Shown piece after piece: positions 11,428-22,987 of a stretch of 64,000 nt of DNA. The DNA lies in contig CAKKNE010000006.1 in NCBI GenBank assembly GCA_918797485.1, forward strand, positions 2,356,001 to 2,420,000. The letters run 5' to 3'. Numbering within the stretch: position 1 is the first letter of the stretch; each line of letters begins with the position of its first letter. The stretch comes from Pelagomonas calceolata. Its lineage: Eukaryota. The notes under the pieces were generated by a model. The model made no database searches. It was given only the letters and a program-made list of their open reading frames with translations, and was not told the DNA's origin. The position numbers and the translations under genes are program-made.

Positions 11428-12186
11428 ATGGGCTCCGGTGCCTCGCACGAGAGCGCCACGGCCGCCGTCGCGGCCGGCGTCTCCGAGGACGAAGTAGCTG
11501 CCCACCTCGCCTCCCTGGACAAGAAGCCATGCACAATCTACTACAGTCCCTTCAGCAACAACTCCATGGGGGCCGCGATGACGGCGACGGCGTGCGGCTG
11601 CGCCGAGCTCAAACTCGTGGACCTCGCCGGCGAGCAAAAATCGGACGCGTACCTCGCCATCAACCCCTACGGCCAGGTTCCCGGCCTCACCGACGACAGC
11701 AACGGCCTGAAACTCGGCGAGAGCCACGCGATCCTAAGGTACCTCGCCACGCAGTACAAGCCGTCTTTGTATCCTGGTAATCCAGCGAGCCGAGCTAGGA
11801 TTGACATGTGCATGGACAACTTCACCAATTATGTGTTCTTGAAATGCTACAACGGCTCGATCAATTGCGTGATCGGCGAGTTGCTTGGGCTCGACGCCTG
11901 GCCCTACCCGGCCGATCAAGCCGCGGCGAATGCCGAATTCGTCGCGGCGTTGGACAAGTGGGCGGGCCTCTACCTCGCGTCAGGCCCGTTTGTCTGCGGC
12001 GAGGAACTGACCATCGCCGACTATAGGGCTGTGGGCCTACTCTATACGATCATGCAACCCAAGATCAAGGAAAAGACGGGCTTCGTGCCGCCAGACAACG
12101 TCGCATCATACGTGAGCGCCGTCCTCGCGAAGGACCCCGCGGCCGCGGTCCTGCTCACGGAGAACACGGGGAAGTTCCTCGCGTGA
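11428..12186 (+). CDS. Glutathione S-transferase (theta-like)
   Basis: AINPYGQVPGL, LGESHAILRYL and GEELTIADY motifs. Confidence 0.9.
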   Translation: MGSGASHESATAAVAAGVSEDEVAAHLASLDKKPCTIYYSPFSNNSMGAAMTATACGCAELKLVDLAGEQKSDAYLAINPYGQVPGLTDDSNGLKLGESHAILRYLATQYKPSLYPGNPASRARIDMCMDNFTNYVFLKCYNGSINCVIGELLGLDAWPYPADQAAANAEFVAALDKWAGLYLASGPFVCGEELTIADYRAVGLLYTIMQPKIKEKTGFVPPDNVASYVSAVLAKDPAAAVLLTENTGKFLA

Positions 12187-12225
12187 CCGTGTTCTTACTA
12201 AAAGTCTTTGTTAGCTGCGACTTGA

Positions 12226-13182
12226 CTAGTAGCCGTGGAAGACGGCCTTCATCCCCTCGTTGTTCGACTGCGTGTGGTCCCCCAGCGCGCCGCCGGCCAG
12301 CGGGTACTTGAAGCCCTCGTTCAGCATGCCGCGGACGCCCATGCCGTCCACCGGCAGCGCGCCCGTGGCGTCGACGAAGTCGTACTCGGCGCCGAGCTCG
12401 CACGTCAGGAGGACCTTGCCGCTCTTCGCCGCGAGGTCCTCGGCGCCCGCCGCCGCGAGCGCGGCGACGGCGCGGCCCGTGAACGCGGGCGTCTCGCCGC
12501 CGGGGAAGGACGTCCGCTCCGTGACGGCGCCCCCGGGCCAGACCGTCACGCAGGTCACGCCCGTGCCCTTCAGTTCCGTGGCCACGTCCGCGCCCAGTTT
12601 GTCGAGCGCCGCGTGCATCACGCCGTAGGGCACGCCGCAGAAGTAGAAGATGCCGCCCGCGGAGCTGATGTTGACGATCAAGCCCGCCTTCGCCTCGACC
12701 ATTGATGGAGCCACGAGCTGCGACAGGGCGTAGGCCCAGCGCACCCCCGACATGTGGTCGTCGTACTCGCCGAGCGGTCTTTCATAAAACTTCTTGCCGA
12801 GATGCGCCTTCTGCGCGGCGAGGCCCTCGTAGGCGGAGTTGACCAGCACGTCGACCTTGCCCACCTTCTCCACGAATGCCTTCACGGCTTCGTCGTCTTT
12901 CAGGTCCAGCGTGCAGGGCACGACCTTGCCGGCGCCGTCGGCGCACTCGGCCTGCAGACTCTCGAGGTCCGCCGTCGTGCGGCCGGTCGCGTACACCGTG
13001 AAGCCGGCCTCCTTCGCGAGAACTGCGGCCACGCCCCGGCCGAGGCCGCGCGAGGCGCCCGTGACGATCGCCACCTTACCGCCGGGCTCGGTAGGTGCCG
13101 CGGCAGTGGCGTCGGTGCCCTCCACCACGGTGGTCACCTTGTGGCCGTCGGCTGTCGCCTCCTTCGTCGACTCGGCAGACAT
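12226..13182 (-). CDS. Short-chain dehydrogenase/reductase (DHRS1-like)
   Basis: VTGASRGLGRG, VDVLVNSA, GLIVNISS; catalytic YxxxK reads YGVMH. Confidence 0.85.
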   Translation of the reverse strand: MSAESTKEATADGHKVTTVVEGTDATAAAPTEPGGKVAIVTGASRGLGRGVAAVLAKEAGFTVYATGRTTADLESLQAECADGAGKVVPCTLDLKDDEAVKAFVEKVGKVDVLVNSAYEGLAAQKAHLGKKFYERPLGEYDDHMSGVRWAYALSQLVAPSMVEAKAGLIVNISSAGGIFYFCGVPYGVMHAALDKLGADVATELKGTGVTCVTVWPGGAVTERTSFPGGETPAFTGRAVAALAAAGAEDLAAKSGKVLLTCELGAEYDFVDATGALPVDGMGVRGMLNEGFKYPLAGGALGDHTQSNNEGMKAVFHGY

Positions 13183-13499
13183 TTTAAGGTGTGCTCGTGG
13201 CTTGTGGGCGGTTGCCTCAAGTAATTGTGCAGCGTCGGCGGCGTAAAAGCTGCCCAGAGGTCGTGCACTGGCTGCAAAAATCTGCAGAGCCTGGCGCTGG
13301 ATGGGCGAGTGCGCTACCGGTCGGCGCCGCACGACACGTTACGGACTTGGCTTGGGTCCTGCGCGCCCCGCGGAGGCTGCCCTTTGACGCTCGGCTGCCT
13401 TTGACGCGTGGCCGACGCACCAACCCACTGCAGGTGACACTGTGCGGCTGCCCTGCCCGAGCTGTGCCTCCGCGTTGACGCACAGATCATAAATAGACG

Positions 13500-15568
13500 A
13501 TGGCCGCGTCCACGAAGCAGTTCACGCACGCCGGCGCCCACGTTGTGACGAAAGCGGACGACATCAACGCGACGGCGCCGCCTCCCGCGGAACCCGAGGG
13601 CTTCCCGCTGCACGCCATGCGCATGAAGGACTTCCTCGCGCTGGAGAAGCTGCGGCCGCACAACGCGCTCAAGCGGGAAGGCCTGGTCGTCGCCCTCGAC
13701 TTTAACGGAGCGCACAAGGACGCTAAATTAAATTTCGTGAGCCACCAGTGGCTTGCCTACGCGGAAGCGGACCCGAACGGCGACCACCTGAAGACGATGC
13801 AGGACGTGTTTCGTAGGGTCATGGCCGGCGAGTCCATCTTCCGGTCGGAAGACGACTGGTCGGCCTACACGAAGGGCTCGAACGAGGAGAACGCGCGCTG
13901 GAACCCCCACGCGTGGTCCATCTCGCCCGAGGAATTTACGAAGAGCATCAGCGAGGGCTGGGTCTGGATCCGTGTGGGAATCAACCAGTGAGTTAGGTTG
14001 CGTCGATGGCGTGTGGCGTCCGAAATTTGATTTCCACACAGGTCTGGATGGACTATATATCGATCCCGCAAGTCATCGGCTGTTCTAGGGATGAGGTCGC
14101 TTCCGTGCTCGCCGACCAGAAGGCCGCGATCCAGGCCATACCGTCGTACGTGCGGCACGCCCAGCACTTCTGGATCTGCGCGCCGTCGGGAGCGCAGCAC
14201 GTCGACACGTGCTGCGAATGTAATTACGACACGTGGCATAGTCGTGGCTGGTGCCGGATGGAGGAAGCGGCGTTAAACCTGGAGCGGCTCGGCGACGGGC
14301 GCGCCTTACTCGTGACGCAACCGCTTGGTGAAGAACCGGCCGTCTCGACGTTCGACAAAATAGATAGGGCCTGGTACCAGACAGTGCACAAATCAAAGCT
14401 CGCGGCGCTTATCACACCGTCGACGCGAGCCTGTTCGATGGCGCACCCGACGCACCGGTTGATTTGCGCACAGGAACAAGACGCAGCGCGCCAATTCGCC
14501 GCTCACCGGCGCGTATTCCTGCTGCCGCATGAATCACGTCGTAGTATCGAAGGACGGTGCTAAAACAAAAATAGGCTGCGACAAGGTCGCGCTCAAGGGC
14601 GTCCTCCATACGTTGTTCGACCGCAAGGTCGCCGAGATCCGCGAGGCGTGCAGGGAGGAGGGGAGCTATAAGCTTGACCTCGAGTGGAACGAGCGCATGA
14701 ATCACTCCAATTCAACCGGACAAGGTGCCTACCGCAACCTCTGGTTCCTCGTCGCCCTGAAGCCGATGCAGCTGGCCGACACCGTCGACGAGATCGATTA
14801 TGTCGAGCGGGGCTGGTCGAAGCCCTTCGAGGAACTAACGAGGGAGGACTACGAGACCTTTTGTAGGGAGGGAAACGGCCACCAGGGTGGTTTGGAATGC
14901 GACCCCGAGCGGGACCTGGATACGGTGGCCTGGAACAGTGCGAACATGGGCCACCTGCCGATGCTGCGGTACTGCGTCGAAAAGCTCGGGGCGGACCCGA
15001 ACTACAGTAACCACTACCACATGAGCATGTTGTTGATGACGGGCCGCTTCGGCCACGACGCGTGCCTGCGGTACCTCTGCTCGAAGTTGACGAAGGAGCA
15101 GATCGATCATACGAGCGGTGGTCAAAGGATGTGTGGAAATCAAAATTTTTACGTCGCGTTCTCCACGCCGTCGACGCGACGCCGTTGATCCACACAGGTC
15201 TTGGGCTATCGGCCATTGGGGACGCGGCGAAATGCGGCCACGCCAAGTGCATTCGCACACTGCTCAGCCTCGGCGCTAGTGTCGACCCGCGCCGGAAAAA
15301 CGGGAAGACTCCGCTCCACGAGGCCTGCGCCAACGGCCACGTCGAGTGCGTCCGGTGTCTCGTGGACGGCGGCGCGGAGGTGAACGCCGTCGACAACAAC
15401 GGCATGCAGCCCGTCGACCTGGCGATGGCGTCGGTGACGAACCGGGAGGCCGTGCTGGAGGTGCTGCGCGCCGCCGACGCGACGTTGAGAGCTGCCCACG
15501 CGACGCTGATGAGCGGTGCGGACGCGTGCGACGCGTGCGCCGACGACGGGTGCGAGTGCGCTACGTAA
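13500..15568 (+). CDS. HET-like domain protein with C-terminal ankyrin repeats; 3 introner introns
   Basis: FVSHQWL, WVWMDYISIPQ, IPSYV, RGWCRME; ankyrin GKTPLHEACANGH; exons 13500-13961, 14042-14373, 14474-15120, 15198-15568 in frame. Confidence 0.8.
13962..14041 (+). mobile_element. Introner element, perfect TSD GTCTGGAT
   Basis: TSD 13962-13969 and 14042-14049; CCGTGTGGGAATCAA...TTGATTTCCACACAG. Confidence 0.9.
14374..14473 (+). mobile_element. Introner element in reverse orientation, diverged TSD
   Basis: GTACCAGA/GAACAAGA; CAGTGCACAAATCAA...TTGATTTGCGCACAG; joins RAW|NKTQR. Confidence 0.8.
15121..15197 (+). mobile_element. Introner-like intron, diverged TSD
   Basis: GTCAAAGG+ATGTGTGGAAATCAA...GATCCACACAG+GTCTTGGG; joins TSGG|LGLS. 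Confidence 0.75.
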
Positions 15569-15600
15569 CAAGTGTAACTTAGGAGCCCGGGCCTTGTGCC

Positions 15601-16332
15601 CTACTCGATGTCCAGGTTCTTCGGCAGCCCGACGGACTTGAAGAGCTCGTCGATCTGGTACGACGCGACGCCCTTCTTCTGGACCAGGTAGTCCTTGACC
15701 GAGAAGAGGTTCTCGGTCCAGCGGATCGCGTGCTGCTTCATGTCCTCCGACAGCTTCTCGATGCGCGCGAGTTCCTCGGGGTCGTTCGCCTTGTAGGCTT
15801 CCAACCGTTGCTCGAGCTGGCCGCGCCGCGTCTTCAGATCAGCAAGCTTCTTGAGCTTCGCGGCTCGAGATCCGTCGGTGTCCTCCCTTCCACTCTTGGC
15901 CTCCTGCTCCGCTACTTTGGCCTTCGCCAGCCGGTCCTGGGCCCGCTTCAGGTTCGCCTTGGCCTGTGTGGTTCACGAGACTCGCGGCGACTGTTCGCTT
16001 CGATGGCGTGATGGGACCCCTCGACGCCGTCGACGCGACGCCAGCAACGCGAGAATGACGCCATCGACGCGGCAACGGACCTCGTCGAGCTGCTTCTTCG
16101 CTTGAGCACCTTGCGACCCGGGGAAGGCCCAGAAGTAGTTGCCCGTGCCGATCTTGTCGCTCGACACGTAGTTGTCGTCCATGAGCTGCGTGTTCACGTC
16201 CTGGACGAGCTTCTCCGCGAGGCCGGCGGCCTTGGCCAGCTTCGTCAGCTCCTTGAGGTTGAAGGGCTCCTTCTTCGTGTGGTAGATCTTGAGCAGCATC
16301 TTCTTCTTGTCGGCGGCGGTCGTGCGGCCCAT
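15601..16332 (-). CDS. MND1: Meiotic nuclear division protein 1; one intron 15964-16080
   Basis: FNLKELTKLA, SDKIGTGNYFWAFP, AIRWTENLF; LDE|AKAN joined by a 117-nt GT-AG intron. Confidence 0.9.
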
Positions 16333-16868
16333 CTTTGATTTTGTGTGCGGCGCGGCGGCGCGCTCGGCTTGGCGGTAACGACGGCGGCGGCGGCGCGCCT
16401 GCGGGGTAGGCGCGGCTCGGCGCGGTGCGACGCGCGGTCGCTCTGAAGCGCTTGTAATAGGCGGAAACGCGCGGGCCGCTGTGATAGCGGCGTGAACCGC
16501 GGGAGCGCTCTGGCGTCCAGCGCGGGGCCGCGGGTCGCCGCACGGCGCTGCTTTTCGACGCCGCAGCGCACAACTGTGTCCTCTAGCCTCTGGCAGCGCT
16601 TCCTGGCGAGTGACAACTTATGCGCCCAAAAAGCGAAAGCGCGTAGGTTCCCGCTCGAGATCCCTAGCGTTCAGTAACACACTAGCAAGCAGCAGGCGTC
16701 GCTGTTCGGGTGGGGGGAGGTGGTTCTGCTTAGCAGGAGGTATGCTGTTATGAAAAGACGCGGCGGCGGGCGATAAATCGGCGACGCACGGTGTCTCCCA
16801 GGGGCGCCACCGACTAGTCCTAGCAGGCTAGCACCGTAACAACCACGCCCAGGGACAAAGTGGAAACG

Positions 16869-19800
16869 TCACTTACTCACCGCGCGGCGGCGAGCAGCCG
16901 GCGAAGAAGCACCGGACGACACCGACCGCTGCGGCGAGAGGCCCCTGAGCTGCGGCGACATCGTGGAGGAGGTCCTCATTGGTTCGGGCGCCCCCACCAT
17001 GTCATGCATGTCGAAGGTACTAAACGCGGCGATGGCATCCCTCACATGATCCATCTTTTTGGATTTTTTGTGCGTCTCGAAGTGTCGTAATTGTTGCCTC
17101 CAGGTCGGCGTCGGGGTCACGACGCTCTCTTCCGAAACGCTCTCCTCGGACGGGCTCCGCTTCGCGGCCGCCTTTATTAAAAAGTTTTCCTGATGAGCGG
17201 CTTCTTCAAACCAGTGCCTCACTTCATCATTTTCACATAACGTCATGACGTCCGCCTTGGTTATCGAAGCGATCTCGGCCCAGTCCTTGCTGCGGTTGCA
17301 GATCGTGACTTTTGAGGTACATTCCTGGGAGAAGAGCCCGGCGCCGCCCGCGCTCATGCCCGGTATCAGCAGTTGCAACTGCTGCAAATTCGCGTCGAGG
17401 TAATTTTTCTGGTGGCCTTGCCCCATCCGCTCGATGGGAATGACGACTGATAATCGACCGAGTAAGACATAGCAGAGCGCCCGGGCCGGCTCGCCCCGCC
17501 GGAACACGACCTGCCCCGCCGGCACGGTCTGCATCGACAAGGCTCGCAGGAACTGGATCACGGTCGCGCCCTCGTGCGCGCTCACGAAGGGAATGGCTCT
17601 ACATTTTTCAAATAGAGCGGCCAGATCGAGTTCCAATCTCAGAGCCTTCGGGAGCTTCGCGGCGACATCCTCTAAAGGTAAACAACCTTTTCTCGAGCGC
17701 CATGCAAATTTGTAGTACTTGAGGACTCGCTCGGAAACCTTGGCGTCGACGCGGTGGTAGTGGAGGCATCTTCTTACCGCAAAGATCTCGTCCCGCTCGT
17801 CCGCGTCCGCGTCGGAATTCAACACGGCGTGCATGACGTTGCCGACCTCGGCAATCAACACGGCGTTCAGCAGTAACGTGTAGAAGAAACATAGTACCCC
17901 AATGAAGCGCGAGAGAGACGACTGGGGCACGCCCGCCGGCGAGATCCAGCTTATGTTGCCCGTGAGTACACCGGCGACGCGCCAGATGCAGTCAAAGTAC
18001 GCGTCGCCTATATTCGTGAACAATGGGTGCAATGGCGGGTATTCTCCGGTGCCGCCCACATTCCAGATGTCATCATTATTATCCATGTAGTTGGACCAGT
18101 CCAGATCCGACCCCTTCCATCCTTGTAATCGGCCACGGTACATGTCGTACGCTATCAGACAGCCCATGAAGTGCATCGAGAGTACTGTTAATACGAGGAG
18201 ATACACTAATCGCGCCGAATGGCCGGAGATGTATTCTCTATTGGAAGCTTGAAACCTCACTAACCGTAGGAACACTAACCCGCCGATGACGCGGTAGCCT
18301 TCGGAACCCCAGCGGTCGCACTTGATCACTTCACTCCTATTACGTTGTCTTTGGAGCGAGGCCGTGCAGCCGCAGAACCGCACTATATCAGGTATGAGCG
18401 CTAAAGCTTCGGCGATGAACGGGCTCTCGCGCGCGTTCGACGAGCGGTCCCGCCGCCAGACGTAGTTCTTCGCGATTCTCTTGCGATTAAACACCTCCTC
18501 GTGGAACTGGTCGACGAAGGACCTGTGTGTTTTTGTGTCCTTGTCTGTCTGTCCCTCTCTCGCGTCTTGTCTCCGTGTCTGTCCAACGCCATCGACGCGT
18601 AGCTTCTCTGGACGCTCGTAGACCGCGCTTCTCCGCGCCTCGGCTCTCTCTCCAACACCGTCGGTCTCTCGACGCCATCGACGCCACGGAGGACTTTATA
18701 TGTCCACCTCCACGCCATCGACGCGCAGCGTGGTGTGACGTAAGGCGCCCGACGCCATCGACGCGATGCACTGGTTGATTCCCACACGGCAAACAAAGGA
18801 CGTGTTAAACGACAGCACGATGTCGAACACGAAGACCGCGAATAACGTGGCCGTGATCGAAGCAGGCGGCCGCCAGCCGAACCCCATCCCAATTGCTTCT
18901 AAGGCCGCCGAACACGCATATAACTCGGCAACAATAATCCTCCACGTCTGCACGACGAAGCCCTCGCCACTCAAAATCAACCCCTGATGCTCTTGCGCAC
19001 TTCTAGCGCGGTCCCAGATCTCCCGTCGTCTTTCGCGGCCCGCGTCGATCGACAAGGGTCGCATCAATTTCCGCCGACTCTTCGGCTGGCTAACACCACT
19101 GTCGTCTCTCGCAAATCTACGATCGGCGTCGATCTTTGTTAAGTGAGGGCACTTCTGGAGCGCCACCGACAGGTGTCGCGTCCCGCCCCTGCCGAACGGA
19201 TTCGCATCTAATTCTAAATGCTCCAAGACCGACTCTGAGTTCGCGACGAGGGCCTTGGCGATGGCCTGCACGCCGCTATCTCCGACACCATTGGTATCTA
19301 ATCGTAAATGTTTTATCTTCGTATCTGTTTTCAGTAGTGCCGCGACGTGTATTGCCGCGTCGTCGTCGACGCAGTTGTTGTCCAAGAACAGCGCATGCAA
19401 GGCACCGTTGGCGCACGCGTCACATATTGACTTGACTCCTATGGACGAGATGTCGTTCGTTCCTAGCCTCAATTCAAGTGTATGTTCCGTGCTCAGCGTT
19501 TCGAGGAGCTGGGCAATTTCAGAAGCACCGGCGTCTCCTAATTGGTTCATGGCCAAGTCTAACACTCGCAGATTCGAGGCCGTGCCGAGGGCCATTCGTA
19601 GCGAGATCGCGCCCGGCTCGCCGATCTGATTCCCGGCCAAGAACAAGCCTTCCAACCCAATAGGCTTCGTTCTTTTAATCCAGGACGCCAGCTTGCGCGT
19701 CTTGGCGTCGCCTAGCTCCTTGAAGGATAGGTCCACTTTACCAGGTACTTCCTCAAGAGCCTCGTACTCGCCGACCGACGCCGGCTGCGGCTTCACGGCG

Positions 19801-20617
19801 AGCACGCCCGACGCTTCCTTCCGGACGATGCGCGTGTTGTCGTTCTTCAGGTTGACCTGGATCATGCCTTCTGCTGGAGGCGTGGCGACCTGTGTGGAAC
19901 TCAACCAGTGCGTCGGGTGCATTTCTCGGCGATGCGCCGAGCGGTGAGGAACCGGCATCGTCACGCCATCGAGCAGATATCATGAAGATGGCGTGAAGGT
20001 CGACACGAACGCGCCGTAAATTTGATTTCCACACAGGTGGCCACTCTACTAGAAGTAGCCCGCGCGCCCCATCTTACTTCAAACGGAATGCCCTCTAGTT
20101 GAATAGCACCGTCCGGCCCTTGGTCCTTCATCGCCTTTGAGATCTCCTCGCAGCGCGCCGCGTCGTAATTTTCCCAGGAGCCGTCCGGCCCTTGGTGCGA
20201 GAAGACCTCCACTGTTTGTTCTCGTCGGACGATGCGCGTGTTGTCATTCCTAATATTGACTTGGATCATGCCCTCGTCCGGTGGCGTCGCTACGCGCGAG
20301 GAAGTAGCTTTCGAGCCCCAACGGACCTCGAACGGGATGCCCTCCAATTGAACAGCCCCATCAGGACCCTGCGCCTCCATGGCCGTCGCAATCTCAAGAC
20401 ATCTAGCCGCGTCGTAGGGCTCCCACGCTCCGTCCGGGCCCTGGTGGCTGAAGACCGCCGGCCCGCTCTCGTCGCGTGTCTGCGTCTTGGCAAAAGCTAG
20501 AGCGCTCTTCCAGCGCTGCTTTATTTGCGGGCTCGCGCTGGCTTCTGCGGGTGGCTCCTCGGAGGCGCCGCGCTCGGAGGCGCCGCGGAGCATGGAGGCC
20601 AGGCGATGAGGGACCAT
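16869..20617 (-). CDS. Fusion protein: 2 WWE-like domains + RNI-type LRRs + voltage-gated-channel-like TM region + cyclic-nucleotide-binding-like domain; 2 introns
   Basis: Exons 20617-20045, 19889-18802 and 18522-16869 join in frame. LxLxxNxIG repeats; DIVLSFNTSF...KRIAKNY, FLRLVR, HFMGC, C-linker and VFRRGEP..LCYVLLG. Confidence 0.75.
18523..18801 (-). mobile_element. Expanded introner-derived intron with four CGCCATCGACGC copies and simple sequence
   Basis: GTCCTTTG...CCGTGTGGGAATCAACCAGTG...CACACAG|GTCCTTCG. Confidence 0.75.
19890..20044 (-). mobile_element. Introner element antisense to host gene, TSD GTGGCCAC/GTCGCCAC
   Basis: Element 19890-20036 has TIRs and internal similarity to 7834-7990 on the + strand, while the host gene is on -. 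Confidence 0.9.
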
Positions 20618-20763
20618 GAGGGAGGCTGCCCCGAGTCACGCCTTGGCTGCTGCTAGTCTGCTGCCGGTCCGCGCGGTGGCGGGGGAGCGGCTGCTTCTTC
20701 GGCTTGGGTCGCGGGCTCGTCGTTTCGCTGCCAACGCCCCCGCTCCTTGCGATCTTAGGATAG

Positions 20764-20784
20764 CTAGCGGCTGTAAGACACTAG
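20764..20784. promoter_or_regulatory. Representative copy of the recurrent intergenic CTAG...CTAG motif
   Basis: CTAGCGGCTGTAAGACACTAG; near-identical copies at 23041, 26945, 32013 (rc), 43920 (rc) and 53321; function unproven. Confidence 0.5.
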
Positions 20785-20917
20785 CAAGTCAAGCTGCTCG
20801 GGTCTTGCTGGGCCGCTCCAGCGCTCTGCCCGCATTGATCGATTTGCGCGGTCTGGCGCGCAAATCACGGTCGCGACACTCCGCCACAGCGCATACGCGC
20901 CCTACACGGCAGCGCAG

Positions 20918-21922
20918 ATGGCATACGAAGGCTATTGGGATGAGATAGGAAACATCGAGTCTGAGAATATACCCGAATCGGTCGTGCTCGCCACGTGGGA
21001 GACCGGCGACGTCGACGTGGTACGGGCGTGGCTCGACAACGGCGGCGCGGCGCAGCTCGAGGACCGCATCTTCATTACTGCTAAACACGGAGATCGGAAT
21101 ATAGCCTTTGGGACGCTTCTCACGATCGCGTGTGAATCCGATCACCCTTCGCCGATCGCCGAGATGCTGCTTGACGCGGGCGCCGACTACGACATCCACC
21201 ACCTTTCTCATGCTATTAACAGCGGCAACATATATGCCATCCGGGCACTCGTGCCGCGCGTGGACGTGGTTCAACACTACGGCTTTGGAGACACGTGGAC
21301 TCCGCTTCACAATGCTTGCACTGGTTATTACATGGAAGATCACAGCCAGATCGCTCTGCCCAATCAAGTGGAAATTGTCCACACTCTACTCGAAGCTGGT
21401 GCGCTGGTCAACGGCCGAACGAGGCGCCATCCGATCCTGCGGGACCGCCCGATCGGCCAAACCCCGCTGATGTTGGCCGCCAAGCAAGGGTTTACCAGAC
21501 TTGGCGTCGTCAAGTGGCTGTTGCATTACGGCGCGGACATTTCAGCAGTAGATTCACTTGGGCGCACGGCACTCTTCCAAGCAAATGAATTGTTGCAACA
21601 CTCGCAAATCTGGACTGACCCGAATAGACGAGCCGTTGCTTGGGAAGACTCGCAGGAGGGGCGTCAATACATACCATGCCGCGCGCCTGGGGTAGTCGAG
21701 GACATGATCGCGCTCCTCCAGGGCGTCGAGGCCGCCGGATCGTGGAAACGCTACCTCCGCGAGCCGCGGCGAGATTTGCTCACGTTTCGTAGGCTCGTCG
21801 AGCGCGGCCGCGCGGCGCCGCCGGACGGGGTCCTCGCGCGGCTCTTCCCGAAATCTGGCGGACTCCCCGACGTCCTCTTCTGGAAGGTCCTCGCCTTCTG
21901 GCGCTCGTCCCGCGACGCCTGA
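20918..21922 (+). CDS. Ankyrin-repeat protein
   Basis: TWTPLHNAC, GQTPLMLAAKQG, GADISAVDSLGRTAL. Confidence 0.85.
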   Translation: MAYEGYWDEIGNIESENIPESVVLATWETGDVDVVRAWLDNGGAAQLEDRIFITAKHGDRNIAFGTLLTIACESDHPSPIAEMLLDAGADYDIHHLSHAINSGNIYAIRALVPRVDVVQHYGFGDTWTPLHNACTGYYMEDHSQIALPNQVEIVHTLLEAGALVNGRTRRHPILRDRPIGQTPLMLAAKQGFTRLGVVKWLLHYGADISAVDSLGRTALFQANELLQHSQIWTDPNRRAVAWEDSQEGRQYIPCRAPGVVEDMIALLQGVEAAGSWKRYLREPRRDLLTFRRLVERGRAAPPDGVLARLFPKSGGLPDVLFWKVLAFWRSSRDA

Positions 21923-21954
21923 ACGCGGACATAATGTATGTTAAGAAAACTAGA

Positions 21955-22987
21955 CTAGAACTTGAAGCACATCGCCTCGGTGTAGCCCAGCGCCTTCAGG
22001 ACGCCGTCGATGGGGCCTTGTTTGGGCGGCTTCCCCTTCTCGAACTTCTTGGGGCCGCAGATGGCCTTGTACATCGGCGGCGGCCCGCAGACCATGACGA
22101 TGTTTCCTTCCGAAGGCGGCGGCAGGTGCGCCTTTACCATGTCCGCGTCGACGTAGCCCGTCAGGCCGCCCGTCCACGACCAGAACATGCCGAGCGGCTT
22201 GTCCACGCAGTACTTCACGGTGAAGCGGTCGTGCTTCGCCGCCAGGGCATCCAAGTGGTCCTTCAGGAAGATGTCGCCCTCGTTTTTATTGCAAAAAATA
22301 AGATCGATCTTCGTTTTATCGTCAGGTAGGCTCAACAGCTCCTCGGCGACCTGGAGGCACGGCGTGAGCCCCGAGCCGCCGGCGACCATGCCGACGCGCT
22401 TCCATTTATTGGCTTCGACTTTAATTTTCGTAAAGCAGCCCTTGACGCGCAGCGTGTCGCCCACCTTCCGGGAACACACGTGGCTCGACACGTTGCCCAC
22501 GCCCGGGTAGTCTTTTACAACTAATTCCATGCGCCCGACCTGTGCGGAAATCAAACGTTCGGGTGAGTAAGCCTAAGACGCCTCGTGCGAGGACGCCAAG
22601 CACTCTCGCGCTGCGTCGAGGCGGCCAGAATGGTAAATAATACCTCCAGGCCGGCCTGACGCACTGGTTGATTTCCGCACTGCGCCCGACCGTGTCGTCT
22701 CTGGTAACAGGCGTGTAGGGTCTCGCGATGGTGCCGCTGCCGTCGCGCTTCTCGCCCTCGACCATGAGCATGCCCGCGCACGTCATGCCCAGCGTGTCGC
22801 TCGGGTCGGGGAACGCTAGCGTGACTTTGTGGACGTTGGCTCCAATCTTGTCATTCCTTGCTACGACCAGGGGCGTGAAGTCCTTCTTGTTGATGGCCGC
22901 GTCGCAGAAGGTCGCGGTGGCGACACTGGTGGCGGCGACGCCGGCTATTTTGCCGCAGCGGCTGAGTGCACGGGCGAAATGCGCCAT
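21955..22987 (-). CDS. NADH-cytochrome b5 reductase; one introner intron
   Basis: RPYTP, MVAGGSGLTP and VCGPPPM motifs; DDT|VGRMELVVK joined across 22540-22690. Confidence 0.92.
22540..22690 (-). mobile_element. Introner element, perfect TSD GTCGGGCG
   Basis: CGCCCGAC at 22532-22539 and 22683-22690; CTGTGCGGAAATCAA...TTGATTTCCGCACTG. Confidence 0.9.
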
